Positions 40,357 to 50,116 of a stretch of DNA of 64,000 nucleotides are shown here, piece by piece (position 1 is the first letter of the stretch; each line of letters opens with the position of its first letter). The position numbers and the translations under genes are program-made. Location of the stretch: contig CBDBIB010000003.1 in assembly GCA_965205945.1 (NCBI GenBank), forward strand, positions 96,001 through 160,000, in the 5' to 3' direction. The DNA comes from Bdellovibrionales bacterium (GTDB lineage Bacteria; Bdellovibrionota; Bdellovibrionia; Bdellovibrionales; UBA1609). Under the pieces are notes generated by a model. It was not told the origin of the DNA. It saw only the letters and a program-made list of their open reading frames with translations, and ran no database searches.

Positions 40357-43350
40357 TTAAGATTGGTCTAAGAGGTCTGGGGAAAAACCTTGTCTAACAA
40401 GGTTTTCAGTTATAACACGAGGCTCTAAGAAGTTTTTAAGGTAATCAGGCCCTCCTGTTTTACTACCTAATCCGGAAAGTTTATAGCCTCCAAAAGGGTG
40501 TCGATTAACTATTGCACCAGTGATACTTCTATTTATGTATAAATTTCCACATTCAATTTCTTTGCAAGCTTGTTTAATGTGTGATGGTAATCTGGAGAAA
40601 ACACCTGAAGTTAATGCGTACTTAGTACTGTTTACAATTTTAATTGCACGATTAAAATTATGAGCTTTTATAACAGCTAAAACAGGCCCAAAGATTTCTT
40701 CTTGAGCAAGTTCACTGTCGGGGGCAACATCGAAGAATACGTGTGGTTCAATGAAACAACCAGTGTTAGAACAATCTTGAGCTTTTATAAACTCATATTT
40801 TTCTTTATTAGTTTTAATAAAACTAAGAATTTTATTATAAGACCTTTGATCTACAACAGGCCCTAGATAAAATTTTGGATTGGTGCTATCTCCAGTGTAA
40901 AGACTTTGAACAGCATTTTTTAATCTAAGGGTGAATTTTTCATATATTCCCTCTAAAACAACAACTCTACTTAAAGCTGAGCATTTTTGTCCAGAAAAGG
41001 CAAAAGCAGAATCAAGAACAGCTTGTATAGCCTGATCTAAATCAGCATCAGAATCTATAATTAAGGCATTTTTCCCCCCCATTTCAACAACACATTTTTT
41101 AACATGATGCTGTTCATCTAAGGTTTGTGAGGCTTTATTGATTATCTGAAGCCCTACAGCTTTAGAGCCGGTGAAACTAATGACAGAAACTTTAGGGCTT
41201 TCAACAATTCTAGCTCCAACACGTTCACCTAAACCAGGTAGGAAATGACAGGCTTCCTTTGGAATGCCAGAGTTTATGATTATTTCATAAAGTTTTAATG
41301 CCGTTAAACTACTTTGTTCAGCAGGCTTTATTAAGACAGTGTTTCCTGTAACAAGAGCAGAAACAGTCATTCCACAAAGAATCGCTAAAGGAAAGTTCCA
41401 AGGAGCAATGACAGAGACCACACCGCGAGCTTTATAGTGGTATAAGTTTTCTTCTCCGGGAGTAGAGCCAACACGAAATGGAAGGTTAAGTTTTTTCATA
41501 TCGTTTGCGTAGTATCTGCAAAAGTCAATGGCCTCAGTGATATCTGCATCAGCTTGATTCCATGGTTTTCCAACTTCAATGCTTTGAAGAGAAGCAAGTT
41601 TAAATCTATTCTCCTCAAGAAGATCAGCTACCTTATTGATTAAGGTAGAGCGACTAGAAACCAAAGTATTTGACCAGGTTTTTTGATAGTTAAAGGCTGC
41701 GGTTAAAGCCTCATCAGTTTCAGTATTAGTGGCTTCAAAAATAGTGTAAAGCGTTTGTTTGTGGTTGTTTGGATTTATACGATGGATTGTGCTTGTACCA
41801 GATCCGATTGTGCCATTAATAAAAGCATTAACTTTTAATGGTCCTTGATTAAACTCAAGCTTCCATTTTTCTAAGGCTTTATAGAATTTATCTCTGTTCT
41901 TACTTTGAGTAAAGTCAAGCAAGGGGGCGTTTGTAAAAGAGTTTTTCTTTTCTTTAAAAAACAAGCTTTCATCTGCATGAAACTGAGGTGTAGCTAAAAT
42001 TTTATTATGATCAATGTCTTTTTTTATCTTATTTTGTAAAAAAGATTGATTTGAAGAATTCTCAAGTAAACGTCTTACTAAATAAGCCATTCCAGGAACT
42101 AGGTCACCAATAGTAGCATATTCTCGTACTCTATAATACATTTTAGCAAAGGAACTTTTAAAGTTATCAGCCATTCCATAAAGCATTTGAATTTCAAAAG
42201 ATTTTTCTGGAATATTATTTTTTTTTGCAAAGGTAAGGGTCTCAGAAAGAGATCGGATATTATGAGAGCCTAAAGCAGTAAAAATATATTTATAGTTTAA
42301 AAGAAGTTTTTTAGCACATTTTTCAAAATTATAGTCAGAGTTTTCTTTATTTGTATAAACAGGCAGAGGCCAATGATTTTGCTTAGCATGTATGATTTCA
42401 AAATCCCAGTAAGCGCCCTTAACAAGTCTTATTGTAAAAGGAGTCGCCCTTTTTTTAGAAAAATCTATGAGCATTAAACAATCCTCATAACTGTCTCGAA
42501 GATAAGTTTGAATAACAATACCCCAGTGAGGGTATTGTTTAAATTCATCAAGCATTATGAGTTCTTTAAAAACTTCAAGTGTAAGGTTTTTATATTCATA
42601 ATGCTCCATATCTATATTTATAAAAACACCAAGTTTTTGTGCGGTTCTAAAAATAGGTTTTAAGCACTCTACTAAAGTGGCTTTGGTTTCTTCCCAGGCT
42701 GCAATTTTAATTTGAGAGTAAAGGGAGGAAAGCTTTACAGAAACATTTACGAGTGGAATTTTTCCAAGATGATTTTCATCAAGTAAAGAATTGTATTCCC
42801 AGTTTTTAGATTCAGTATGAAGCTTTTTAATTAAATCTAGGTATCTTTCTTTATATTCCTTAGCCTCTGGTTCTGAGAGCGTAGCCTCACCTAAAAGATC
42901 GACTGTAAAGGTCCAGTTCTTTTTTCTATTTTTATTTAATTTTTGAATAGCTTCTTTAGGTGTTTCTCCAGTGATAAAGAGCCGAGCCATGTCTTTTATG
43001 TTTTTATCCACAGATTTTGCAACAAGATTTGGAGCTAATTGACCAATGCTCGTGCTAGCTTGAAAAATAGAAGGCATTTTTCCATTCTTATCTTCAAAAT
43101 ATTCTCTAACATGGTTTAAAATATCATCACCAGAATTTAAATATGGAAACACATCTACAAATCTAAACATACGAGTTTTAAAATCAGTGCTTTTCATAGA
43201 CCAATCCATAACCTTTAAATACCACCACTCTTTATTTAAAATTGATTTTTTAGAAGAATAATTTTGACTATTTTTAAAAACATTCATTCCAAATTTTATA
43301 ACATTCGTATGATTATTGCTCTTAGGCAAAGCTTTAGATTTAAACCACAT
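40357..43350 (-). CDS. putA: Bifunctional proline dehydrogenase / P5C dehydrogenase
   Basis: DLLGEA, RLVKGAYWD, YLVRRLLEN, PWNFPLAI, EMGGKN, GQKCSA, EEIFGP. Confidence 0.95.
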   Translation of the reverse strand: MWFKSKALPKSNNHTNVIKFGMNVFKNSQNYSSKKSILNKEWWYLKVMDWSMKSTDFKTRMFRFVDVFPYLNSGDDILNHVREYFEDKNGKMPSIFQASTSIGQLAPNLVAKSVDKNIKDMARLFITGETPKEAIQKLNKNRKKNWTFTVDLLGEATLSEPEAKEYKERYLDLIKKLHTESKNWEYNSLLDENHLGKIPLVNVSVKLSSLYSQIKIAAWEETKATLVECLKPIFRTAQKLGVFINIDMEHYEYKNLTLEVFKELIMLDEFKQYPHWGIVIQTYLRDSYEDCLMLIDFSKKRATPFTIRLVKGAYWDFEIIHAKQNHWPLPVYTNKENSDYNFEKCAKKLLLNYKYIFTALGSHNIRSLSETLTFAKKNNIPEKSFEIQMLYGMADNFKSSFAKMYYRVREYATIGDLVPGMAYLVRRLLENSSNQSFLQNKIKKDIDHNKILATPQFHADESLFFKEKKNSFTNAPLLDFTQSKNRDKFYKALEKWKLEFNQGPLKVNAFINGTIGSGTSTIHRINPNNHKQTLYTIFEATNTETDEALTAAFNYQKTWSNTLVSSRSTLINKVADLLEENRFKLASLQSIEVGKPWNQADADITEAIDFCRYYANDMKKLNLPFRVGSTPGEENLYHYKARGVVSVIAPWNFPLAILCGMTVSALVTGNTVLIKPAEQSSLTALKLYEIIINSGIPKEACHFLPGLGERVGARIVESPKVSVISFTGSKAVGLQIINKASQTLDEQHHVKKCVVEMGGKNALIIDSDADLDQAIQAVLDSAFAFSGQKCSALSRVVVLEGIYEKFTLRLKNAVQSLYTGDSTNPKFYLGPVVDQRSYNKILSFIKTNKEKYEFIKAQDCSNTGCFIEPHVFFDVAPDSELAQEEIFGPVLAVIKAHNFNRAIKIVNSTKYALTSGVFSRLPSHIKQACKEIECGNLYINRSITGAIVNRHPFGGYKLSGLGSKTGGPDYLKNFLEPRVITENLVRQGFSPDLLDQS

Positions 43351-43745
43351 AGCAAATCCCCTTAAATAAAAAACTTATTAGTAGTCTATATTTTTAGAAA
43401 AAGGGATGTTTTAGGTATTTTTTTTCTTAGAATCTGACGCAGAGCTAAAAGAGCCTTATTTGTTACATTATAAACTTTGAGCTGGTGTTTTAGGTTTTAT
43501 TTTAAATCAGAGAACTTTAATTTAAAGTAGAATTTATTGACGTTTTATCCTAAAAAAAACTAGCCTTTAATTTAAGAATAGAAAAATGTAAGTTATTGAA
43601 ATAAAAAGGTAATTTTTAAAATTGCCTTATAAAACCCAGGGGTTACGCATGAGATTTTTTTTAGGCAGTAAATAGAGCCTGTAAATTAAATTGTATAAAT
43701 GCTTAATAATGTACTAGGGTTAAGCCTTCTTAAGATAAAAGAACT

Positions 43746-43768
43746 AAAGGGCTCATGATGAGCCCTTT
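43746..43768 (-). terminator. Perfect hairpin just 3' of the DUF1566-like relic (terminator and/or DGR homing hairpin)
   Basis: AAAGGGCTCA-TGA-TGAGCCCTTT, 6 nt beyond the stop codon. Confidence 0.7.
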
Positions 43769-43774
43769 TAAGCC

Positions 43775-44095
43775 TCAAAACCGCCGCACACACCGAACGA
43801 GCTGATCAGTGGGCTTATAAAAGTAATACTGATAGCCATCATCTGAGAACTTCTGGCCCCACGCACCCTCATTATTGTACTCTGTGGACAGTCAATACTA
43901 ATTAGTTAAATCTTTATTACTTTCACCATGATCAATTCCAAAGGTTGATATATAATTTTGTAACCCTGGAATATCGTAAAAATTTTGCGAACTATTATTC
44001 CAGCCTTTACTTAAACTATCAGTACCAGAACAAGTTACTGTAAAATCATCTAATGCATAAGAATTTGCCCCTGAACCTCCTAAAACACTTCCTGA
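43775..44095 (-). pseudogene. DUF1566/Lcl (C-type-lectin-fold) gene relic with a DGR variable-region-like 3' end
   Basis: One frame: SGSVLGG..TCSGTDSLSKGWNN..DLTN*Y*LSTEYNNEGAWGQKFSDDGYQYYFYKPTDQLVRCVRRF*. Confidence 0.78.
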
Positions 44096-44231
44096 TTATC
44101 TGACTCATAAGTGAGAGTTTTTCGTTAAATAAAAGTATGGTTTGAGTAAAGCATACCTTTTAAGTATATAAAAATCTTGGCAGGAAAGAAAGATATCTAT
44201 AACCTTATCATCAACAGTAAATTTAGTTTTT

Positions 44232-45515
44232 TTGGAGATGAGTGTGTTAAAAAAAGTAGTTTTAATTGCAAGTTCAAGAATTCCTTTTACAAGATCATTT
44301 ACTTACTATAAAAATAATACAGGTCAAGAGTTGATGACAGCAGCATTAAAAAATCTTGTTCAAAAAATGAGTCTTGAGGGCGGAAAAATTGATGATGTTG
44401 CTCTTGGTGTAGTGATGGTGCATGGATCTGATTGGAATATCTGTAGAGAATGTGTATTAAGCTCTGGGCTCTCACCACTAACACCAGCCTACGGTATTCG
44501 AAGGGCTTGTGGGACAAGTCTTGAAACAATTATTGCTATAGCAAATAAGATAAAACTAGGGCAAGTAAGGGTTGGAATTGCAGGGGGGTTTGACACTAAT
44601 AGTGATGCACCTATTGAGTTTAAAAGAAACTTTTCTAGTAAAATAATAAGGTTTAATCAAAGTAAAACAATAATGGAAAAAATTAAATCTGTACTTAATT
44701 TTAATATTCAGGATTTAAAGCCACTTTTTCCAAGAGTGGTTGAGGTGCGAACTAGAAAATCTATGGGAGAGCATTGTGAACTCATGGCTCAGCAATGGCA
44801 GATTACTAGAGATGATCAAGATCGATTTTCATTTAAAAGTCATCAAAAAGCAGCTGAAGCATATGAAGAGGGTTTTTATGATGATCTTGTTTGTGAATTT
44901 AATGGAGTAAAAAAAGATAGTATTCTTAGACTTGATACTACGGTGGAGAAACTTTCTAAACTAAAGCCTGTTTTTGATAAAAGTGAACTAGGAACTTTAA
45001 CTGCGGGGAACAGTACAGCTTTAACCGATGGTGCGTCATGTTTATTGTTGGCTGATGAGGAATATGCAAAAGAAAAAGATTTACCAATTTTAGCTTATTT
45101 TGTAGATGCACAAGCAGCAGCAGTTGATTTTGTTAAAGGAGAGGGTTTGTTAATGGCCCCTACAATAGCAGTGGCAGAGCTTTTAAAAAGAAATAATCTA
45201 GTATTTGATGATTTTGATTTTTTTGAAATACATGAAGCTTTTGCAGCTCAAGTTTTATCTACATTTAAAGCTTGGGAAAATGAGGAGTATTGTAAAACTA
45301 GATTAGGATTAGATAGGGCATTAGGAAGTATTCCAAGAAATAAGCTTAATATTAAAGGCGGCAGCCTTGCTTTAGGGCATCCTTTTGGTGGAACAGGGGT
45401 AAGAATTAGTGCAAATCTTTCAAAAATTCTTAATCAAGCAGGAAAAGGTAGAGGTCTTATTTCAATTTGTACAGGTGGTGGAATGGGAGTTGCTGCTATT
45501 TTTGAAAAATATTGA
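44232..45515 (+). CDS. Acetyl-CoA C-acyltransferase (thiolase, FadI-like)
   Basis: RACGTSL, EIHEAFAAQ, GGSLALGHPFG, SICTGGGMG. Confidence 0.93.
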   Translation: MEMSVLKKVVLIASSRIPFTRSFTYYKNNTGQELMTAALKNLVQKMSLEGGKIDDVALGVVMVHGSDWNICRECVLSSGLSPLTPAYGIRRACGTSLETIIAIANKIKLGQVRVGIAGGFDTNSDAPIEFKRNFSSKIIRFNQSKTIMEKIKSVLNFNIQDLKPLFPRVVEVRTRKSMGEHCELMAQQWQITRDDQDRFSFKSHQKAAEAYEEGFYDDLVCEFNGVKKDSILRLDTTVEKLSKLKPVFDKSELGTLTAGNSTALTDGASCLLLADEEYAKEKDLPILAYFVDAQAAAVDFVKGEGLLMAPTIAVAELLKRNNLVFDDFDFFEIHEAFAAQVLSTFKAWENEEYCKTRLGLDRALGSIPRNKLNIKGGSLALGHPFGGTGVRISANLSKILNQAGKGRGLISICTGGGMGVAAIFEKY

Positions 45516-45736
45516 GATTAAAAAATATATAAAGTAATAGAGTTTTCTTATGGCGTATTGCCGTTATAAAGGAGTTTAGGATAAAATTAAAGTTTTTTTT
45601 AAAATCAATAAACTTAGAGTTAAATAAGAAAATCTGTATAGATTAGGTGATTTTGATTTACTTACAAAGTTATTTTAAGGTTAAATTGTCATTAAACAGC
45701 ATGATCTTAATCTTTTAAAGGTATACTTTAGTACTC

Positions 45737-46354
45737 ATGGAAAATCTTAAGGGTGAGGCCTTTGTTCTTAAAACACTACCTTATTCTGAATCTGATTTAA
45801 TCTTATATGCGTTGTCTAAAGAACAGGGGGTGCTTCATTTTTTTGTAAAAGGAGCTAAGAACAGTAAAAAACGATTTTCAGGGGGTGTCTTACAACCCCC
45901 ACATTTAATTGATTTTCAAACTTTAAGGTTAGGTAGAAAACAATATGATAATGGAAGTTTGATTACTCTTAAAGAAGCAAGTCTTTTAAATGATTTTATT
46001 AAAATTCGTTTAAGTTATGTTTTTATGGAAACCTTATTTTCAATGATTAAGGTTGTTTTACCTTCAAGAACTGGGCACAAAGAGCTATTTAATCATTTTG
46101 GAGGAGCGTTAAAGGTTTTGCCAACAGTAAAGGATCAGAAAAGATTTTTTACTCATTTTGTTATTAGGTATTTATACATTGAAGGGGTTTTGCCTTTACA
46201 TGTTAAATTTTTAGATTTTATAAAAACTCCACTTAGTTGTCATAAGAAACTTTTAAATGTATCAGAGATTCAGAGTAATAGAGAAGTTAAATTTGCTAAA
46301 TATTTTTTAAAAACGTACTCTAATAGTAAGGAAAGTATTAAGTGGCCAAAGTAA
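45737..46354 (+). CDS. recO: DNA repair protein RecO (divergent)
   Basis: FVLKTLPYSESDLIL..SKEQG...KGAKNSKKRF. Confidence 0.85.
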   Translation: MENLKGEAFVLKTLPYSESDLILYALSKEQGVLHFFVKGAKNSKKRFSGGVLQPPHLIDFQTLRLGRKQYDNGSLITLKEASLLNDFIKIRLSYVFMETLFSMIKVVLPSRTGHKELFNHFGGALKVLPTVKDQKRFFTHFVIRYLYIEGVLPLHVKFLDFIKTPLSCHKKLLNVSEIQSNREVKFAKYFLKTYSNSKESIKWPK

Positions 46355-46854
46355 ATCTTAATTCTAAAAATAGGGCTTTATTTTTAGATCGTGACGATAC
46401 GATAATTACAAATATTCCTTATATGAGTAAAGTGGAGGATATAAATTATCTTCCAAATATTTTTGAAAAGTTAAAAGAAATTCAGGATTTTGGCTATAAA
46501 ATTTTTATTGTTACAAATCAATCAGGCTTATCTAGAAAGCTTATCACTTATAAAGAATTAGAAAAAATTCATTGGAAAATAATAGATGATTTCTCTTTAA
46601 AAGGGCTAAGGGTTTATAAGTATTATATAAGCCCATATAGTCACAAACATCCAAGACGTAAGCCTGGCCATGAGCTACTACTAGAAGCTCAGCGGGACTT
46701 TAATCTTGATTTAAAAAATTCTATTATGATTGGTGATGGTGATCGGGATATTAATGCTGGTTACAATGCTGGTTTAACTACATGTTTAAAAATAAAAGAC
46801 TCAAGTTTTTGGATGAATTTAGATCTTAAAGTATTTAAAAAATTATTGGTTTAA
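46342..46854 (+). CDS. gmhB: HAD-IIIA hydrolase, D,D-heptose 1,7-bisphosphate phosphatase-like
   Basis: FLDRDDT, VTNQSG, RKP, MIGD..RD. Confidence 0.8.
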   Translation: MAKVNLNSKNRALFLDRDDTIITNIPYMSKVEDINYLPNIFEKLKEIQDFGYKIFIVTNQSGLSRKLITYKELEKIHWKIIDDFSLKGLRVYKYYISPYSHKHPRRKPGHELLLEAQRDFNLDLKNSIMIGDGDRDINAGYNAGLTTCLKIKDSSFWMNLDLKVFKKLLV

Positions 46855-47760
46855 GGGGTGGTGTTTGTCAAGAGCCTCACTTAGATCTGAAAGTTCAAGG
46901 TGAGTGTATTTTTCAGTTGTGGATATATTTTTATGTCCTAAAAGCTCTTGAAGAATTCTTAGATCGCTTCCAGACCTTAGTAGATGAGTTGCAAAGCTAT
47001 GCCTTAAACCATGAGGACTAATTTTTTTACCAACAGATAAAAGGCTTCGTTTTACCACCCAGTCATAGACTGATCGTGTATTTAAAGGGGTGTTGCCATA
47101 TATAAATTTAAAATTTAAAGGTAGAATTGATTTAATTTGCTTACTTATAGTATTTGGTATGGCGATAAGGGAGGTTTTTCCACCTTTTTGAAGGCTTTTG
47201 ATTTGTGATTTTTTAAAATTGATATCCCCTATTTTAATGTTGGAGGCTTCTGTCACACGTAGGCCTGCAGTATACATTAAAAGACTAACAAGAAGTTCAT
47301 TTTTATACTTATTATTGTTGTTATTAAAGTCTTTAATAAGACTATTAAAGTAAGTCTCTGTTTCTTCATAGCTAAGGTATTTAGGAAGTGAACGATTGCC
47401 TTTACCTATGTGAGGAAGTTTGTAGGTAAAGTCTTTTCTACATTCACCGGATTCAAACATCCATTTAAGAAATCCTCTTAAAGTCGTAAGCCTCCGTTCT
47501 TTTGATGCTTTTGAAAGGGTTTTAATATTTTGTGGGAGATTAGAAATTAAGAGATCAATAGATACTTTTGATGTGTTTAATTTAGTGATTTTAAGGTTTC
47601 CATTTTTACATAGGTGTATTGAAGGGAATTCATGGATTTTAAAAAGTTTATTAAGATCTGCTTTTACTCCTCGAAGGCTATTTGCAGAGTAAAAGGATAG
47701 ATTGCCTTTATATTTTAAATACTTAGATAAATGAAGAGGGGTTATGTCAAAAATTGTCAC
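46843..47760 (-). CDS. Tyrosine recombinase, XerC/XerD family
   Basis: LPKYL, GLRVTE, SPHGLRHSFATHLL, QELLGH, TEKYTH; catalytic residues intact. Confidence 0.92.
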   Translation of the reverse strand: MTIFDITPLHLSKYLKYKGNLSFYSANSLRGVKADLNKLFKIHEFPSIHLCKNGNLKITKLNTSKVSIDLLISNLPQNIKTLSKASKERRLTTLRGFLKWMFESGECRKDFTYKLPHIGKGNRSLPKYLSYEETETYFNSLIKDFNNNNNKYKNELLVSLLMYTAGLRVTEASNIKIGDINFKKSQIKSLQKGGKTSLIAIPNTISKQIKSILPLNFKFIYGNTPLNTRSVYDWVVKRSLLSVGKKISPHGLRHSFATHLLRSGSDLRILQELLGHKNISTTEKYTHLELSDLSEALDKHHPLNQ

Positions 47761-47802
47761 TAAGGTTATTGTAATATTTTTTTTGAAAATTAGAAAATTT
47801 AC

Positions 47803-47831
47803 TTGCTTATTAACTAAGCATACTGTATAAA
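47803..47831 (+). promoter_or_regulatory. Putative sigma70 promoter
   Basis: TTGCTT-N17-TATAAA. Confidence 0.45.
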
Positions 47832-47874
47832 AGTCTTAAGACTATTTTTAATAGGAAGAAAAAGTCGGATAAAT

Positions 47875-47923
47875 AAAGGGGGGATTTGTGAGCATAGTGC
47901 TCGCTGATCCCCCCTTTTTTTTT
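47875..47923 (+). terminator. Intrinsic terminator-like hairpin upstream of the activator gene
   Basis: GGGGGGAT..GAGCA-tag-TGCTC..ATCCCCCC followed by T9. Confidence 0.8.
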
Positions 47924-47964
47924 GCAAGTGATTAGATTTAGATAAAATACTAAAGGAGCCTATT

Positions 47965-49029
47965 ATGCCATCAAAAAAAAATACCACAGAAACAAAAAAA
48001 CTTACTGAAAAGAGTAAACATTTTCTTAGAATCCCTCTGGGTCAATCACAGCAGGTATTTTCAAGCAAAGAAATTGTGTATCAGTCTGACGCTATGATTA
48101 AGTTAATGGGTATGGTTAATCAAGTTGCTCCTTCTAACGCAGCAATCTTAATTTTGGGTGAAAGTGGAACAGGTAAAGAGCTAATTGCTCAAGAAATTCA
48201 TGAAAAATCAAACAGAGCTCATAAACCGTTAGTTACTATTAACTGTGGAGCTTTAAGAGAAGCTCTTTTAGAGTCAGAGTTATTTGGGCATGAAAAAGGT
48301 GCTTTTACAGGTGCTTATGCTCAAAAGATTGGTTTAGTTGAAGTCGCTGATGGTGGAACTTTATTTCTAGATGAAATTGGTGAGCTTTCACCTGGTATTC
48401 AAGCTAAGCTTTTAAGATTTTTACAAGAAGGCGAGATTTATAGAGTTGGTGGTAAGGAAGCTATTAAAGTAGATATTAGATTAATTTCTGCAACAAATAA
48501 AGATCTTAAAAAAGAAGTTGAAGAAGGGGTTTTTAGGGAAGATTTGTATTATAGAATCAATACGATTGCTGTAGATGTTCCGTCGTTAAGAAAGAGAAAA
48601 GAAGATATTGGGGCCTTAGTTGATTATTTTTTAACTACTGGAATGCATAGATATTTAAACAGAGGTCTTAAGATTTCACCTGAAGCTTTAGATAAGTTAT
48701 TAAAATATGATTGGCCGGGTAATATTAGAGAACTTCAAAATATTTGTGAAAGGCTGCAAATATTATCTAAAGACGAAACTATTCAGGTCTTAGATCTTCC
48801 TGATTTTGTAAGGGTTCCAGGAGAAAAAGTTTTTAATAATGATTATAATTCATCTATAACTCTTCATGAGCTGGAAAAAAGTTATATTTTAAAAGCTTTA
48901 AATCATTTTGGTGGCAATAAAACTCAAGCAGCAAATGCTTTAGGTGTAACGATTAAAACTCTTTATAATAAGCTTCATGAGTATGGTGAGTTTGATCAAT
49001 TTGCAATTCATTCAAGAACTACTAGCTAA
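47965..49029 (+). CDS. Sigma-54-dependent activator with no N-terminal sensor/receiver domain
   Basis: GESGTGKE, GAFTGA, LDEIGE, WPGNIREL, HTH; only ~35 aa precede the AAA+ domain. Confidence 0.92.
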   Translation: MPSKKNTTETKKLTEKSKHFLRIPLGQSQQVFSSKEIVYQSDAMIKLMGMVNQVAPSNAAILILGESGTGKELIAQEIHEKSNRAHKPLVTINCGALREALLESELFGHEKGAFTGAYAQKIGLVEVADGGTLFLDEIGELSPGIQAKLLRFLQEGEIYRVGGKEAIKVDIRLISATNKDLKKEVEEGVFREDLYYRINTIAVDVPSLRKRKEDIGALVDYFLTTGMHRYLNRGLKISPEALDKLLKYDWPGNIRELQNICERLQILSKDETIQVLDLPDFVRVPGEKVFNNDYNSSITLHELEKSYILKALNHFGGNKTQAANALGVTIKTLYNKLHEYGEFDQFAIHSRTTS

Positions 49030-49074
49030 AGCCATACAGATAAAGAGGTGGTGCAAATTTTGTTATGTAGTTAG

Positions 49075-49678
49075 AGTGTATAATTTTTATTTGGAAAATA
49101 TAATACTAAGAGTTTATTAAGAAGTAGCTAAGTAAACCAATAAAAAGGAGAGTAAAACAATGAGAAAAACAATCATTTTAACATTAATGTTTTTAGGATT
49201 GAGTGTAAGTGCTTTTGGAGCACAAGATACAAGAATCGATGATTTTATTAGATGGTTAAAAGGATTGAGTGCAGATATTTTTGCAGAAGATATGACTTTA
49301 GAAGAATGTAAAGGCCTTGTAATAAGTACGGAAGAGAATAACATAATGCCTGGTAAGTTCTTTTCAGATCATCAAGCTAATTGTGTAAAGGTTTTTAACC
49401 TTAGATTCTGATCCTTATCCAAAAAACGAAAGTGTATAATTTTTATTTGGAAAATATAATACTAAGAGTTTATTAAGAAGTAGCTAAGTAAACCAATAAA
49501 AAGGAGAGTAAAACAATGAGAAAAACAATTATTTTAACATTAATGTTTTTAGGAGTGAGTGTAAGTGCTTTTGGAGCACAAGATACAAGAATCGATGATT
49601 TTATTAGATGGTTAAAAGGATTGAGTGCAGATATTTTTGCAGAAGATATGACTTTAGAAGAATGTAAAGGCCTTGTAA
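49075..49678 (+). repeat. 248-bp direct duplication (49075-49322 and 49431-49678)
   Basis: Two differences seen; covers the upstream region, RBS and first 54 codons. Confidence 0.95.
49160..49411 (+). CDS. Small secreted protein with two Cys
   Basis: AGGAG RBS, signal peptide ..VSAFG. Confidence 0.75.
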   Translation: MRKTIILTLMFLGLSVSAFGAQDTRIDDFIRWLKGLSADIFAEDMTLEECKGLVISTEENNIMPGKFFSDHQANCVKVFNLRF

Positions 49679-49797
49679 AAAGTGAGTATGGAAGAACAGC
49701 TCTTATAACTGCTGCATCCAAAGGTCACACTGAAATTGTAGACTTATTATTTAAAGCTGGAATTAGCGACGAATTTGAAGTTGGAGCTAACGAATGA
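49516..49797 (+). CDS. Small secreted paralogue fused to a single ankyrin repeat
   Basis: Same N-terminus, then YGRTALITAASKGHTEIVDLLFKAG. Confidence 0.7.
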   Translation: MRKTIILTLMFLGVSVSAFGAQDTRIDDFIRWLKGLSADIFAEDMTLEECKGLVKSEYGRTALITAASKGHTEIVDLLFKAGISDEFEVGANE

Positions 49798-50116
49798 AAA
49801 ATAAATAATCGTTTTTTGGTTATTATTAAGTGATTTAGATTAATTGTTAGTTTTAATGGAATAAAAAAGGTACAAAGACAATATTGTATCTTTTTTTATG
49901 TCTTTTCATAAACAAAAGTATTAAGGAGCTTTAAATTAATCTTGATGTTTAGATTTGAAAATATAATTGCGGCTTCTTAAACTCGGTTAATATCGATACT
50001 AGACATCTTTTTTACAGCACGCCTAAACCCTGATCTTTTATGGAGAGGTTTTTTTTGTAGCGCAGTGCGCACGAAGACAGGACCTCTCTTCTTAAGTGAT
50101 GTAAACTTAGCTCACT

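Noticed and set aside
43892..43894. TGA read as Trp (alternative genetic code)
   Set aside because: Intact genes here end in TGA (e.g. dcd, kdsC), and a TAG lies two codons upstream, so this is simply a pseudogene.
46843..47760. Phage or island integrase
   Set aside because: Xer-like size and motifs, housekeeping neighbours, and no att repeats or cargo.
49117..49721. Duplicated minus-strand ORFs as an antitoxin pair
   Set aside because: Antisense to + strand genes that have a clear RBS and signal peptide.
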